A DNA stretch of 64,000 bases from the IMG/VR virus record IMGVR_UViG_3300032278_000001, one strand, 5' to 3'. The position numbers were made by a program, and so were the translations under genes. Shown one piece after another: positions 35,702-47,500 of the stretch. The first letter of the stretch is position 1. Each line of letters begins with the position of its first letter. Under the pieces are notes generated by a model. It did not search any database. It was not told the origin of the DNA and worked only from the letters and a program-made list of their open reading frames with translations. This stretch comes from an uncultured virus (IMG/VR IMGVR_UViG_3300032278_000001). Lineage: Duplodnaviria > Heunggongvirae > Uroviricota > Caudoviricetes.

Positions 35702-38700
35702 TTATTTCATTCCTCCTCTCATCCATTGTCTTAATGCTGCTCCACTTCTTCGTCTTTGTCTTTCTCCTCCATATCTAGCTGGATAACCAGCTACATTTCC
35801 ATCAGTTCCATATCCACTAGCAAAATTAGAACTATTGCCTTTATTTGCTGCTATATAGTTTTTTGCCCAAATATTTGCTTCTGTATTGTCTAATCCTAGA
35901 CCATCTGGTTTTGGTGTACTTGCATGTGTAAAAGCTTCTGCAAATGACATTCCAACTGTACCTCCACCTCCACCACCAACTTCATCTTGATATGCTTTTG
36001 CATTAGCAAACTCAATTAGACTTTGATTATTCCATGGTGTTGCTTGAGGATTAATATTATAGTTAGGTCTCAATTGACTCATTGCTTGAGTATTCTGTGC
36101 ATTAGTAAGAAGAGCGTTTTGCATCTTTACAATATTCTCATTATCAGCTATTTGAGTATTAATTCTATTTGTTCCTACAGTATTTACATCATCTACATAT
36201 TGTTTTCTTGCTAACATATTTGCTTGATCTATAGTCTGTTTCCCTGTCATATTTGCTCTATCAAGAGCATTATATTCTGCAACATCTCTTGATTGTACGT
36301 CTGCTATTGACTTTCTGTTTTCTGCAGCAGCTTGACTAAATATTGTATAAGGATCAGCTCCAGCGTCAATAGCTGTTTGAGCAAGAGAGTTACTAGCATG
36401 AATTCTTGATAAAGGATCATCTCTTAACATATCTGCAGGAGTGAAATTATATTGTTCCATCATAGGATAAAAGTCCTCTCTCATACTTTTATTCATAATA
36501 GAATTTGTTAAGTTATTCTGATCTTGTCTCCATGGAATCATTGGAACTCTATCAGGTGGAATATAATCTCCAGGAGCATGTTCACATTCACAATTATGTG
36601 CATTCCACATATATGCATCAGTTACCCCTCCTTTTGTGGTACCCTCAGCATCTACAGCTAATGCATTTTTCTTTTCACATGCTATTCTAGCAGCTTCAAC
36701 ATCAAAATCCATAGGTTTACCTGGACAAGGCGGATCTTTTTCAGGTGTAATAATAGGATTAACAGCTGATGAAAATTGTCTTTTACTTGTTTTTCCAATT
36801 TTAGCATCTATACTTGATACAGGATTACCCCATTGATCACGGTGCTCATCCGTTTCCCAATCTTCTCCTTCTGGTAATGTTTCTATATTTGTAAAAAGTC
36901 CAGATGTTGCCTCAGTACGTTTAGCAATGTTTAATGCTCTATACATACCTTGGAAATTCATACTCATTGTTTTAACTTCATCTTCTGTTTCTCCATTCTG
37001 AAAATATCCTAAACTTTTTGCATGTTCATAAAACTTTCCTCCAGCATCTCCAGGATCTAAATTATGTTGATCAAGATCATGTAATATTTGATTATATAAG
37101 AAATAATTATCTATCATTTCCTCTTTAGTACCTTCTTTAAAATGTTCTTCATTATCACCTATATGAAATGATTCACCTTCACCGCTCATATCTTTTCTTC
37201 CCTTTGTATATACATCCCACCATACATCTCTAGCAGTTCCAAAATCTTCATGTCTCATAACATCTTCAAATGTTGTATGTGTTTTGTATGCTGTTTGATA
37301 TGATATACATTCACCATTTGCATCTACATCAGTACACGTATAATCAACATCTCCTTTTGCACCATGAGATTCACCTACATGATCAGCTGCATCATGATCA
37401 GGTATTCCATCATCATTATGATCATGTGATAAATCAATTTCAGTCTCATCATCTATAACTCCACCCATAACAACACATCCAGATCCCATCCAATCTAATC
37501 CTTCTGGACATTTACATTGACAGTTTGTACCACTTTTAACCCATGTAGCTCCCTCACTTGCAGCTGCTTCACATTTTGCTTGAAGTGCAGGATCACAAGG
37601 ATCTGTTGTTTCTTCACTTTTCTGAGCTTTAGGTAATGATCCTCCATATACAAATTTATGTAAAGGATTAGTTGCAAAAGGATCTCCTCCATATTTTTTC
37701 TTGTAAAAATCCATTACTTTTTCCTTTCCACCTCCATCCCATATATGTTGATTACCAGGTCCTCCTGCACTTCCCATTCTCAACTGAGCTAAATGATTTT
37801 TTATTTGATAATACTGTTGAAGAAGTTGCTGTTTTGCCTGAATAGGCATATTAGGACTCATCTGCAGCATCATTTCTATTTGATGTATTCTTTGTACTAA
37901 TTGTAATTCAAATTGTTGTTTAGTACCTTGAAATTCTTCAGCTTCATGAAAGGGTTGCTGAATAATTTCCTCTTCCAATTGGGGTGTTACATTTTCAACC
38001 ATGCACTTCTGTATATCTCTATCTACTTGTTGTAATTTTTTATGTAATCCTTCTACAACATCTCTATTATCATTGTTCCAACCACTTTCCCTAAATGGGT
38101 CTATTTCCTGTAATAATTGTTGTCTTATTATCACTAATTCTTGACATTGTTGAGGAAGAGGATTTGCTCTCTGGTCAGTATATTCACTTGGTCCTCTTTC
38201 TCCTTGAAATTTAGGTACATGACCACCACATTCATAACATGGTTTTGCATCTCCACCATAAACAAATTCACTTAATGGAATTTGGGAACCAGTGAATGTT
38301 TTATCCCAAGGACCTGAAGGTATATATTCTTCTACATTTGTGGATGGAGTTACATTACCCCATGGATCACTAAATTGAGCTCTAGTGGCACGTCCTAAAG
38401 GTAGTCCTCTTCCTGTTGATATAGAACTTTTTAAATTAGATATAAGATCAGCACGATGCACTGGACTGTTAATTACTGATTCTGATATTGTTGGATTACC
38501 ATATTCATCTTTAATTTGATGTGATTTCTCATGTGGTATAGTTCCAAAATCTCTATTCTCTAGATTAATAGCATCTGCATTCTCTTTAGCTATTAGGTTT
38601 GAAACTGCAACATCATAATCTGCTTGAGATAAATCATGAAATTGTGCATATTTTTGTTCATCACCATGTCTGGCACTTGGTAATGATCCTCCATATCTAG

Positions 38701-39766
38701 CCATACCTGGAGGTGGTATCATTCCTGGAGGTGGTCCTTGTGGAGGCATTCCTTGACCTTGTTGTTGCATAGCCATCATCATTTCTGGTGGCATTCCACC
38801 CTGTGATGGTCCACCTTGTGGAGGCATTGGTGGAGGAGGTCCTTGTGCTGACATACCTTGAGGTGGTCCTTGTTGTCCTTGAACATCTTGTATTACTTTT
38901 TGGAGTAAGGCCATAGCTTGTTCTTCTGGTATTCCCAATTTAACTAACTGTTGCATTATTTGTTCAGGTTGCATACCTTGTTGTAATGCTTCAATAACTC
39001 TTGCTATTATTTCTTGTACTCCTTGAGAAGGTCCTTGTTGTGGCCCTTGTGGGGGTCCCTGTTGAGGTCCTTGTGGTCCTCCTGTAAAATCTTGTAATTG
39101 TGGAGCTGGTTGTTGCATAGCCTGTTCTCTATTGTCTGGACTTTGTAATGGAGCCTGTTGTGTTTTTTCTTTAGCTGCTTTTATTTCTTCTAGTTTAGCA
39201 ATAAATTCTTTTGGGTCTATTCCTTTAGATATAAGAAATGGATATGCTGCTAGTGGTACACTAATATTACCTTCTTCATCTAAAAAATCTTTTTTTGCTT
39301 CTGCCATAAAAGCAATTTTAGAAAGTTGTAATTTATTTTTATCTAACATCAATTCTGATGTCTCGTCTGATATTTTATCTGAATGTTCGCTATCCATATT
39401 TTTAATAAATTTATTTAACTTAAACCTTTTAGATGCCCAAGCTGGTGTTTGTTTCTTCTTTGAATCAAGGCCTAATTCAGCTAACTCATCAGTGGAAAAT
39501 TTCATTTTTGCTGTATCAGAAAATATAAATGATTGAGGTGGTAAACTTAATGGAGTACCACCTTCTGAATGTCTGTTACCTCCTATATTATATAACTCAT
39601 GTGCACCATCATTATCCAAATCTGTTAATACTGTCTCACCCTTTTCTGCCTCAAGATTTGCTTTATCTCTAGGTACTCCACCTAAAGCCATTGTTTTAAT
39701 AACTTCTCCATTAGCTAGTTTATATCCTTTAGGTAATCTCTTTATTTTTATTTTTCTTTTTGCCAT
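35702..39766 (-). CDS. Putative cargo protein, 1354 aa, with Q/P/G-rich region and YGG motifs
   Basis: N-terminal EAEKGE...HSEGG segment; repeated YGG(xLPKAQ) motifs; QGP repeats. Confidence 0.7.
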   Translation of the reverse strand: MAKRKIKIKRLPKGYKLANGEVIKTMALGGVPRDKANLEAEKGETVLTDLDNDGAHELYNIGGNRHSEGGTPLSLPPQSFIFSDTAKMKFSTDELAELGLDSKKKQTPAWASKRFKLNKFIKNMDSEHSDKISDETSELMLDKNKLQLSKIAFMAEAKKDFLDEEGNISVPLAAYPFLISKGIDPKEFIAKLEEIKAAKEKTQQAPLQSPDNREQAMQQPAPQLQDFTGGPQGPQQGPPQGPQQGPSQGVQEIIARVIEALQQGMQPEQIMQQLVKLGIPEEQAMALLQKVIQDVQGQQGPPQGMSAQGPPPPMPPQGGPSQGGMPPEMMMAMQQQGQGMPPQGPPPGMIPPPGMARYGGSLPSARHGDEQKYAQFHDLSQADYDVAVSNLIAKENADAINLENRDFGTIPHEKSHQIKDEYGNPTISESVINSPVHRADLISNLKSSISTGRGLPLGRATRAQFSDPWGNVTPSTNVEEYIPSGPWDKTFTGSQIPLSEFVYGGDAKPCYECGGHVPKFQGERGPSEYTDQRANPLPQQCQELVIIRQQLLQEIDPFRESGWNNDNRDVVEGLHKKLQQVDRDIQKCMVENVTPQLEEEIIQQPFHEAEEFQGTKQQFELQLVQRIHQIEMMLQMSPNMPIQAKQQLLQQYYQIKNHLAQLRMGSAGGPGNQHIWDGGGKEKVMDFYKKKYGGDPFATNPLHKFVYGGSLPKAQKSEETTDPCDPALQAKCEAAASEGATWVKSGTNCQCKCPEGLDWMGSGCVVMGGVIDDETEIDLSHDHNDDGIPDHDAADHVGESHGAKGDVDYTCTDVDANGECISYQTAYKTHTTFEDVMRHEDFGTARDVWWDVYTKGRKDMSGEGESFHIGDNEEHFKEGTKEEMIDNYFLYNQILHDLDQHNLDPGDAGGKFYEHAKSLGYFQNGETEDEVKTMSMNFQGMYRALNIAKRTEATSGLFTNIETLPEGEDWETDEHRDQWGNPVSSIDAKIGKTSKRQFSSAVNPIITPEKDPPCPGKPMDFDVEAARIACEKKNALAVDAEGTTKGGVTDAYMWNAHNCECEHAPGDYIPPDRVPMIPWRQDQNNLTNSIMNKSMREDFYPMMEQYNFTPADMLRDDPLSRIHASNSLAQTAIDAGADPYTIFSQAAAENRKSIADVQSRDVAEYNALDRANMTGKQTIDQANMLARKQYVDDVNTVGTNRINTQIADNENIVKMQNALLTNAQNTQAMSQLRPNYNINPQATPWNNQSLIEFANAKAYQDEVGGGGGGTVGMSFAEAFTHASTPKPDGLGLDNTEANIWAKNYIAANKGNSSNFASGYGTDGNVAGYPARYGGERQRRRSGAALRQWMRGGMK
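38700..39160 (-). repeat. Low-complexity Gln/Pro/Gly/Met repeats (GPQGPQQGPPQG...) around a small helical segment
   Basis: Seen in translation and as repeated ggtccttg units in the DNA. Confidence 0.8.
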
Positions 39767-39768
39767 AA

Positions 39769-42700
39769 TTATAATATTTCTATATCTGCACCAGCAGTTA
39801 TTAATTCTTGTAACAATTGTTCATCTATATCTACTTGTTCTCCACCGTATTTTTGTTCTCTATTACTAAGATTTATTCCAAGTCCAATGTTAGCACCCCA
39901 ATCATTTGTAACTGGGTTATAATTTCCACTAAATCTAAAAGGTCCTGTTTGTAAATATGGACCAACAGTAAGATCTTTATTTAATAAATCATAATTTGCA
40001 TATCCTCCAAAATTAGTTCTCCATTTATCTTGCCAGTTATTTTCAAAATATCCAAGATTTCCTGTAATATTTGCTAAAGCTCCCATATTAAGTTCAGGAT
40101 TTTCTTCAAGAAGATTGGTATATGCTCTAAGTCCTCCTGTTATATTAAGATTTCCTTCAATTCCACTTCCTCCTGATCCACTTGTTGATGTTCCTAATCT
40201 TAATCCTGCAGTAGCTTTAAGAGCAGCATTAGCATCACCACCTTCAGGATTATAACCAAATTCAAATTGAAAAGGATTAATAGTACCCATAAAAGGAGGT
40301 GTTCTATAACTACATCTTGAACCTGTTCCCTCTCCACAATCATAATATAAAGGTTGATTTCCACTAAGTTTATAATCTCCAGTATTACTTCCAGATATAT
40401 TAACTCCTTCAGTAATAGATGGAATATAAGAATCTGTTAATCCAGTTTGAGCTTTTGGTAGATCTCCTCCCATCTTATAATTACATCCACATTGTGATTT
40501 TAATTTTCCACAAATAGGGCATATATTTGATCCTCCGTTTTTCATTTGTGCAAGAGATAACTTTTGATTTAATATATCTTCTTCATTATATCCTATTTCA
40601 GTAGGTAGTTCCTCTGTAAATCTTCGTAATGATGTTAAAGATTCTGGTTCACCACCCATTTGATATTTTGGTGCTAAGTAAGGATTCTTTATATGCATTT
40701 CAGTTCTTTTATGTTGTCTATTTTTTTCTTCAGTTTTCCTTTTCTTCTTATATGCTGCATCTGTATTTTCTCCAGCAACCTGCATTGCAACTGGGTTACT
40801 TTTCCAAAGATCTACCCATTCATCATTTTCATCTAAATATGAATAATCACCATATAGTGATTGTCCAGTTATTGGATCTTTTTCTGTACTAGCATGTTTA
40901 GACTTATCATATATTTTATAATTTATTGGTTGAAGGTCAACACTCTCTCCATTTATACTAGCATTCCCACTTGCATCCAGTAATACTGGAATTAATTCTC
41001 CTGCTTTATTATATAGATTCTGATAATAATCACCCGTTTTCTCCTCATTTGTATATGTGTAGCTTTTGTTAGGGTTAACCTTTATTTTTTTATTATTATG
41101 TTTTACAGTAATGGTTTTATTTTGCTTCATATTCTCCTCATCATATATTTTTTGAGATATAGTAGATTTTTCCTCTGCAATTTCTTCATCACTGTCCCAC
41201 CATTGTGCTCCAAAAATAGGATCTATACCTTCATGCCACCATCTTTGCATTCTAGGAAATGCTCCATATTTTTCCATTGCAGGATTACGTCTATCTTCAC
41301 CAAAGACACCTTCCCATGCATCAGAAATAGGTTGACCTTTTTGATGCATAGCTCCTGTAACTGTATTCATTGCATCTGGAACCATTAAACCTCTTGCTAT
41401 AGTTTTCCAGAACCAAGGATTATTAATAAATTTACCATAAGGAATTTTTGAGTTTCTTAAGGAGTTAGCTAAGGTTTTTCCAGATTTATCATAAGGAGCA
41501 GTAACTCCAGATCCTGGTGCTCCATATATCATCTCCCCCATATAATCTAAACCTTGTGGGATTTTTAATCTACTTAAGTGTGCTGCTGGATTAAGTCTAC
41601 TCCATCCTGTAGGTTTTTGAGTTAACCATTTACCTGTATTTATTTTTGCTGTAATTTCACCATAAGCTGTTTTCATTGCATTTGATCTTGTAAGATTCTT
41701 GTCTGCCTTCATTAAATCTTCCGCAAGTTCTATAACCTCTTCTTTTATTTGAGCAAATCCTCCTATGAAACCTTGTTCAATATTTTTAGTTATTTTAAAA
41801 TTAGGAATTACATTCCCACCTTTAATTCCTGTTTTTCCACCTAATCCAACACCTGTTCCACTAAACGGATTATGAATTGTTCTTCCTCTAAATAAATCTG
41901 GTGATTTCCAAGGTTCTGCCATAACATTAAATGGATTATGGATACTTAACTGTCCACCAATTCTTGGGGGACTATTCCATGCATGTAGTCCTGGACCCAT
42001 ACCATGCATAAAGGCTCTTGCAGTATTGGATTTCCATTCATTTTCAGGTAATTGAAGCCAGTGCTCTAAATTTTCCATATCATCTAAAGTAACTGTAGCA
42101 CCTACAAATGGTGCTGGAACATTACCAGCAACTTCTACTCCTGCATATAAAAATCCTGGTGGCAAATTTGGATTTTCAAACCAATTTCCTACACTATTAT
42201 CACCAATTGCATTTGCTAAAGTATTACTCCATTCTCTTAATTTACCTGTATTAAGTAATATTCCTGTACCAGGTCCAGTAGGATCAAGATCAAATTCCCA
42301 TCCAACTCCTAATGGGTCTGAATAAGGAAAGTAGGTTCTAAAACCACCACCAGGTCCTCCTGCTGAAGTAAATGTAAATGTAGGTTCTACACCTGTTCTA
42401 TCCCATTCATTCATAAAAGAGGTAGTATACTCCTCATCTTTCCATTCTCCAGTTTTTGGATCTAACCCTGGAATCATGTATGTTTGTTCATTACGCAATC
42501 CTAAGTGATCTTGCCATGCACCTTCCCAATTAATAGATAAAGGATTTAATGATCCCTCATCATCTGTTTGCATAAAGTTAGGATTCATACGTAATTGAGG
42601 AAAAAGATTAGATGGTATATATGGTCCAATAGTTTGTTGATTATTCTTTGCATATTCCTGCATCTGCTGTACTTCTGATGGTGAGAATTGTCCTTGATAT

Positions 42701-44496
42701 TCTTTTAATTCTTTTCCATCTCTTGCAAGTTCTGATACAACAGCATCATCCATTCTGAGTAATCCTGTAAGTGTATCAAAATTACCCCGTGTTCCTTCTG
42801 CGTTTGCTTCTAGAGGATCTACTAGATTATCAATAGTATTCATTCCCATGAACTTCTTATTATCCATTCTCTCTGCTTCTCTTGCATCAGCAAAATCAGT
42901 ATAGATACTAGCAGCATCTTTTACCATATCTAAAATTGCAACAGGTTTTGAATTTGCAATTTTATCAATAGCATAATTACCAAAATTAGTTGCTTGTTGA
43001 CCAAGTGTATCTCCCCACATTTTTCTTTTCTTTGCTCTTTGTTGTTTGTTTGCTAATTTTAATGCTTTTTTGTCAGCCTTATTTTTTGCCTTTAGACTCT
43101 TTTGTGCAGTCTTCATCTGATCTTTATCTAATGTATTATATATCTGATAACCCTCATCATCATATTGTTTTAAAACTGGTTCTCCATCAACCCATTCACC
43201 AGCTTCATTTTGATTTTGTCCTGGTATCATAGAATACTTACTTCTATCTGCAAAAGGTACTTCTGCATTCATATTTACAGACATCACTCCCTCATCATCT
43301 ATACTACCAATGGCTGTATTAGCCCATCCTCCTTCAGGATCCAGATCCTCTGTTGTTGGTGTTACACCTTCAACATCCTCCCAGCTTCCCTCCGGATAAA
43401 GGTTTGTTCCCCATACTTCTCCGTATGCACTTAATGAACCCATCATAGGCATTCCTGTCTTAGGATCTATATCTTTCGCATCAGCAATACCATAACTTTC
43501 TGCTTGAGCGGCTAATGCTACATCTAAATCTTCTTTCCCTACAGCACCAGCAGCAAATTGATCATTCCAATTTTCAAATACTACTTCTTCACTATTTTGT
43601 GCTTTAGGAAGTTGACCTCCATATTTTACATCTGTTTTTGTTTTATCATCAATATCCTTATTTATATTCTTTAGATATTCCTCAGTTATTTGTTTTTGAG
43701 ATTTAGGATGAATATTTTCATTAACATCTACCTCAACTATATCCTTTTTAAAATACTCATCACTTATATCTTTCTGTTTTGAATATGGATCTTTAATGTT
43801 AAAAGGATTATTTACATCATATGGATTTGTTATGATTTCAGTAGGTTCATTATAATCATTATATTTAGTTGTGTTCCAACTAACAACTTCATTATCTTTA
43901 TTAAAATTAAATGATTCAGCATTATAAGCTTGAAGTTGATCCTCAGCAATATCTCCTGATGTACGTACTGATCCATCTGAATTAACATATTCAACCCTTC
44001 CTGTTACTGGATTAACTCTTCTTGCTGTAAATCTTCCTGACTTAACTCTCTCACTGTCAGCTCCAAAGATTGGATTTAACAATTTAGCACGATTTTGACC
44101 ATATGTTAACATAACTGGATTATTCTTCTCATCCATACTTAAGTATCTGTTTCCTGTATCATATAAAGGATTAGGTATTTTCTTATTGTTTTCATCAACT
44201 TGAAAAGTTCCATCATCCTTCATTAAGAATTCTGTTTCATCTCCTGACAAATCACCAGCTTTAGCTGTATTTGTAAGAGAAAACTTCATATAATCCTTAG
44301 CTTTTATATCTTTATTGCTAACATTTTTAAAATTAGAAAGTTTGTTTCCAAGGTTTGCTATCTTAAACCATGGATTAGTAGCAGGAAAAGGTCCACCTGG
44401 ACCATGTTGAGGTAAATATCTTGAATAATAATCTTGAAGTTCATCTTGAGAAACTTCAAAAGTTTGTTCTTTATTTTTTATTTTTCTTCTTGCCAT
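39769..44496 (-). CDS. Putative cargo protein (about 1575 aa) with YGG motifs and a C-terminal beta-barrel-like module
   Basis: Probable ATG at 44496 (MARRKIK); repeated GG motifs; amphipathic strands near the C-terminus. Confidence 0.7.
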   Translation of the reverse strand: MARRKIKNKEQTFEVSQDELQDYYSRYLPQHGPGGPFPATNPWFKIANLGNKLSNFKNVSNKDIKAKDYMKFSLTNTAKAGDLSGDETEFLMKDDGTFQVDENNKKIPNPLYDTGNRYLSMDEKNNPVMLTYGQNRAKLLNPIFGADSERVKSGRFTARRVNPVTGRVEYVNSDGSVRTSGDIAEDQLQAYNAESFNFNKDNEVVSWNTTKYNDYNEPTEIITNPYDVNNPFNIKDPYSKQKDISDEYFKKDIVEVDVNENIHPKSQKQITEEYLKNINKDIDDKTKTDVKYGGQLPKAQNSEEVVFENWNDQFAAGAVGKEDLDVALAAQAESYGIADAKDIDPKTGMPMMGSLSAYGEVWGTNLYPEGSWEDVEGVTPTTEDLDPEGGWANTAIGSIDDEGVMSVNMNAEVPFADRSKYSMIPGQNQNEAGEWVDGEPVLKQYDDEGYQIYNTLDKDQMKTAQKSLKAKNKADKKALKLANKQQRAKKRKMWGDTLGQQATNFGNYAIDKIANSKPVAILDMVKDAASIYTDFADAREAERMDNKKFMGMNTIDNLVDPLEANAEGTRGNFDTLTGLLRMDDAVVSELARDGKELKEYQGQFSPSEVQQMQEYAKNNQQTIGPYIPSNLFPQLRMNPNFMQTDDEGSLNPLSINWEGAWQDHLGLRNEQTYMIPGLDPKTGEWKDEEYTTSFMNEWDRTGVEPTFTFTSAGGPGGGFRTYFPYSDPLGVGWEFDLDPTGPGTGILLNTGKLREWSNTLANAIGDNSVGNWFENPNLPPGFLYAGVEVAGNVPAPFVGATVTLDDMENLEHWLQLPENEWKSNTARAFMHGMGPGLHAWNSPPRIGGQLSIHNPFNVMAEPWKSPDLFRGRTIHNPFSGTGVGLGGKTGIKGGNVIPNFKITKNIEQGFIGGFAQIKEEVIELAEDLMKADKNLTRSNAMKTAYGEITAKINTGKWLTQKPTGWSRLNPAAHLSRLKIPQGLDYMGEMIYGAPGSGVTAPYDKSGKTLANSLRNSKIPYGKFINNPWFWKTIARGLMVPDAMNTVTGAMHQKGQPISDAWEGVFGEDRRNPAMEKYGAFPRMQRWWHEGIDPIFGAQWWDSDEEIAEEKSTISQKIYDEENMKQNKTITVKHNNKKIKVNPNKSYTYTNEEKTGDYYQNLYNKAGELIPVLLDASGNASINGESVDLQPINYKIYDKSKHASTEKDPITGQSLYGDYSYLDENDEWVDLWKSNPVAMQVAGENTDAAYKKKRKTEEKNRQHKRTEMHIKNPYLAPKYQMGGEPESLTSLRRFTEELPTEIGYNEEDILNQKLSLAQMKNGGSNICPICGKLKSQCGCNYKMGGDLPKAQTGLTDSYIPSITEGVNISGSNTGDYKLSGNQPLYYDCGEGTGSRCSYRTPPFMGTINPFQFEFGYNPEGGDANAALKATAGLRLGTSTSGSGGSGIEGNLNITGGLRAYTNLLEENPELNMGALANITGNLGYFENNWQDKWRTNFGGYANYDLLNKDLTVGPYLQTGPFRFSGNYNPVTNDWGANIGLGINLSNREQKYGGEQVDIDEQLLQELITAGADIEIL

Positions 44497-44522
44497 AATT
44501 TTTAACAACAATAATCTTATAC

Positions 44523-44539
44523 TATAATATACTAAATTC
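44523..44539 (-). promoter_or_regulatory. Putative late promoter motif ATTTAGTATATTATATA
   Basis: Identical to 6903-6919; in a short intergenic gap upstream of the cargo gene. Confidence 0.6.
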
Positions 44540-44551
44540 TAAGCACATAAT

Positions 44552-47500
44552 CTAACTTAATATTGACTTCATGTAATCTAAGACACTCATATTTAATACT
44601 CTTGCTTTATCATAATAAACTCTATTAAGTTTATCATATAATTTTTTTCCTAATTTTTCAGAGAACATCATATAATCTCCATTTACATAACTTGAATATA
44701 ACTTAATTTGAGTATCTAATGGCATATTTTTAAATATACCATAATCTCCAAGTTTATGTGCTTCTTTTTTAATCTCTAATGGTGTTTTTGCTATTGGTTC
44801 TGGTATGTTAATGACTTGTCCTTTATATAAAGGTTCTGTATCAATTAGATTATTATATTTATTTATATCTTTCTCTGTAGTATTATATTCTTTTGCAATA
44901 CCTAATAATGTTTCTTCATCATTAATATTATAAGTTGTTCCTCCTTCTTTATATTCAGGAATAATCCCAATTTCTTCTAGATGTTTAGTAGCTAAACCAG
45001 ACAATTCTCCTCCTAATTTATATGTTCTTATTAGTTGTTTTGTTCTATTTACTGATCCACCTTCTTTATATGAATAGAATTTTTTTGCTTTTTTCTTATA
45101 GTCTTCAAACTTTTTAGTACTCTTTATACGGCTCTCATATTTCTTTTTACCATGATCCTTAATATATTGCTCAGGAAACATTATTAAATTTATATAATCT
45201 ACAGTTTCTTGAGGTATAGTCCATCTTGTATCATCTTTACTTGAATCTAATATTGTCATCCAACTATCCATATCAAATGGATCTCTGCGTTCAGCTTCAG
45301 GAACTAATATTGGATTACCATTCTCATCAAGTTTATTTCTAAAACCACTTTCTATAACATTTCCCTCCTTATCTTTTATAGTTTCATTTGTAGCAACATA
45401 ATTTATATTCTTAAAGAATGTAGGTGTGTTACCTCTACCCCAGTTGTATGCAGATAATGCTCTTGCTAATTTCTCATTATCAGATGTAGCATCTGTTACA
45501 AATTCAGCATTCATTAAACTATTCATATAATATCTCTGAAATAATAAGGAATGATGTATATTAGTTCTATCTGCATTTTCAGGAAGAATACCTTTTCTGA
45601 TTGCATCATTCCATGCATCTGGCATTGCTTGAACTAAACCTAATGCACCTTTATTACTCCCTGCTTTAGGTTTACCATCTGATTCAATGTATTGTTGGTT
45701 TATTAATAGATCATCAGTTAGTAAAGAATTAGTAGTTATTTCTTTATTTAATAATTTATTATCTAAAAGATAATTATTTAATGCATTATATGTTTGATCA
45801 CCCCAACCATTGTCTTTTTTAATATCATAACCTTGTTCAAGTAACCACTCTTGAACTTCTCCCACACCTTTTTCATCCAAACCTCTATAATATTCTTTAT
45901 TTGCCCAACCCTTCTTTGTTCTATTAGTGTAAGGGCTAAATATATTCATTCTCCAATCTTTATATTTAGGATTTCTAATATATTTTCTAAATTGTTCAAT
46001 TGTAGCTAATGGTTTTTCTATTTTATATTCATCCCAACTTAATGGTATATATGATTTATTTTTAGCACTTTCTGGATCTTCTGGTGGTGGTGGTGGAATA
46101 GGTACTGTTTCATTTTCATTTGTAAGATATCTCCAACTATCTGCAGGATTATACCAATTCCATTCTCCATCTGGATAAATAGATCTTTCTGTAGCAATTT
46201 CCCAATCAAACTCACCTTTCTTTTGAAATCTAGGCAACTCTTTACCATATCTAGACATTCCTTCTGGCATTCCGGTATTAACATCAGCAACTCTATTATT
46301 AAAATCTACCAGACTCTCATCATTAAAAAACTTAAAGTTTCTATCATCTGTTAGACTAGGATGAGGATTTTCATTCAGATATTGTTTGTATTGTTGTAAG
46401 ATCTCATTAGTCATTGGGGTTGTTCTATAATCATATCCTATAGCATTGTACATTTTCCATCTTAATGCATCAAGATCTGACTTTCTTTCATAAGGAGAAG
46501 CATCATGATCATTAAGAGTACTCCTGTCAATTCCACTAGCATCCATTAACTCATAAATAGTGTTTATGTCAGTTTCATTAAGTGCAAAATCTTGAGCACT
46601 TTTAGCACCTGTTGACCCCATCATATGTCCTAACTCATGAGCAGAGGTATCATCTAAAGAACTCTTAAGCTGTTCTGTACTTCCATCTCCTCCCAAATCT
46701 ATATTAAGCTGTTGAGACTGTCTAGGAGATAACATTATATCTCCTGAATGATCACCATGCTGTCCTGTATAAGCTCTTGACCCACTCTCTCCAAATAATA
46801 TATTATCACCTAAATATTTTCCTGCAGGAAATCCTCTTCCATATTCTGACCAAAATAAAGCATCATCTTCATCTCCTGAATAAAAACTACCGCTAGGAGC
46901 GGTCTCATCTCCAAAAGGAGTATATAAATTTGACGGGTTAAATGCAGTATCCATACTAAAATCCATTCCTTCTTTCTTATATAAATCACTTAACAGAGAA
47001 ATTTTATCTTGAATCCTAAATATTCTATTGGTATGAACAGGATATGCAGGATCATCTCTGTCTTTAGCCATACTACTCCCTGGTCCACCTTTAAATGTAA
47101 CATCTTCAGTATTGTAGTGATCTGCAGTATCATCATAATTAAATGATGCACTTGCTAAATGTTCTTCTCTTTTTGCAATTATATCATCTGCATTTTCATA
47201 TCCAGCATTAATTAACTTTTCTCTGTATAAATCTGAATTAATACCCTCTGTAAAAAAGTCTTTTTGTAATTGAAAGTCTTCTTTTTTAAATGGATTTACT
47301 TTACTTTCAAAAATTTGTTTAAAATAATTTTCTTGCTCTACTGATTTAATTTGAGGATGAAATACATCTCCTGATTTATATCTCTCTATAAATTCTCTTT
47401 TAGACATCTTTCCAAATCCTGGAGAGTTCTTATACGTTTTATATAATTTTTTTAATTCTTTTTCAGTTAAGTTTTTAAAACTACCATACTTTTCTCCTTC

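Noticed and set aside
38700..39160. Collagen-like triple helix or CRISPR-like DNA repeat
   Set aside because: Gly is not at every third residue, and the repeats are coding and irregular with no spacers.
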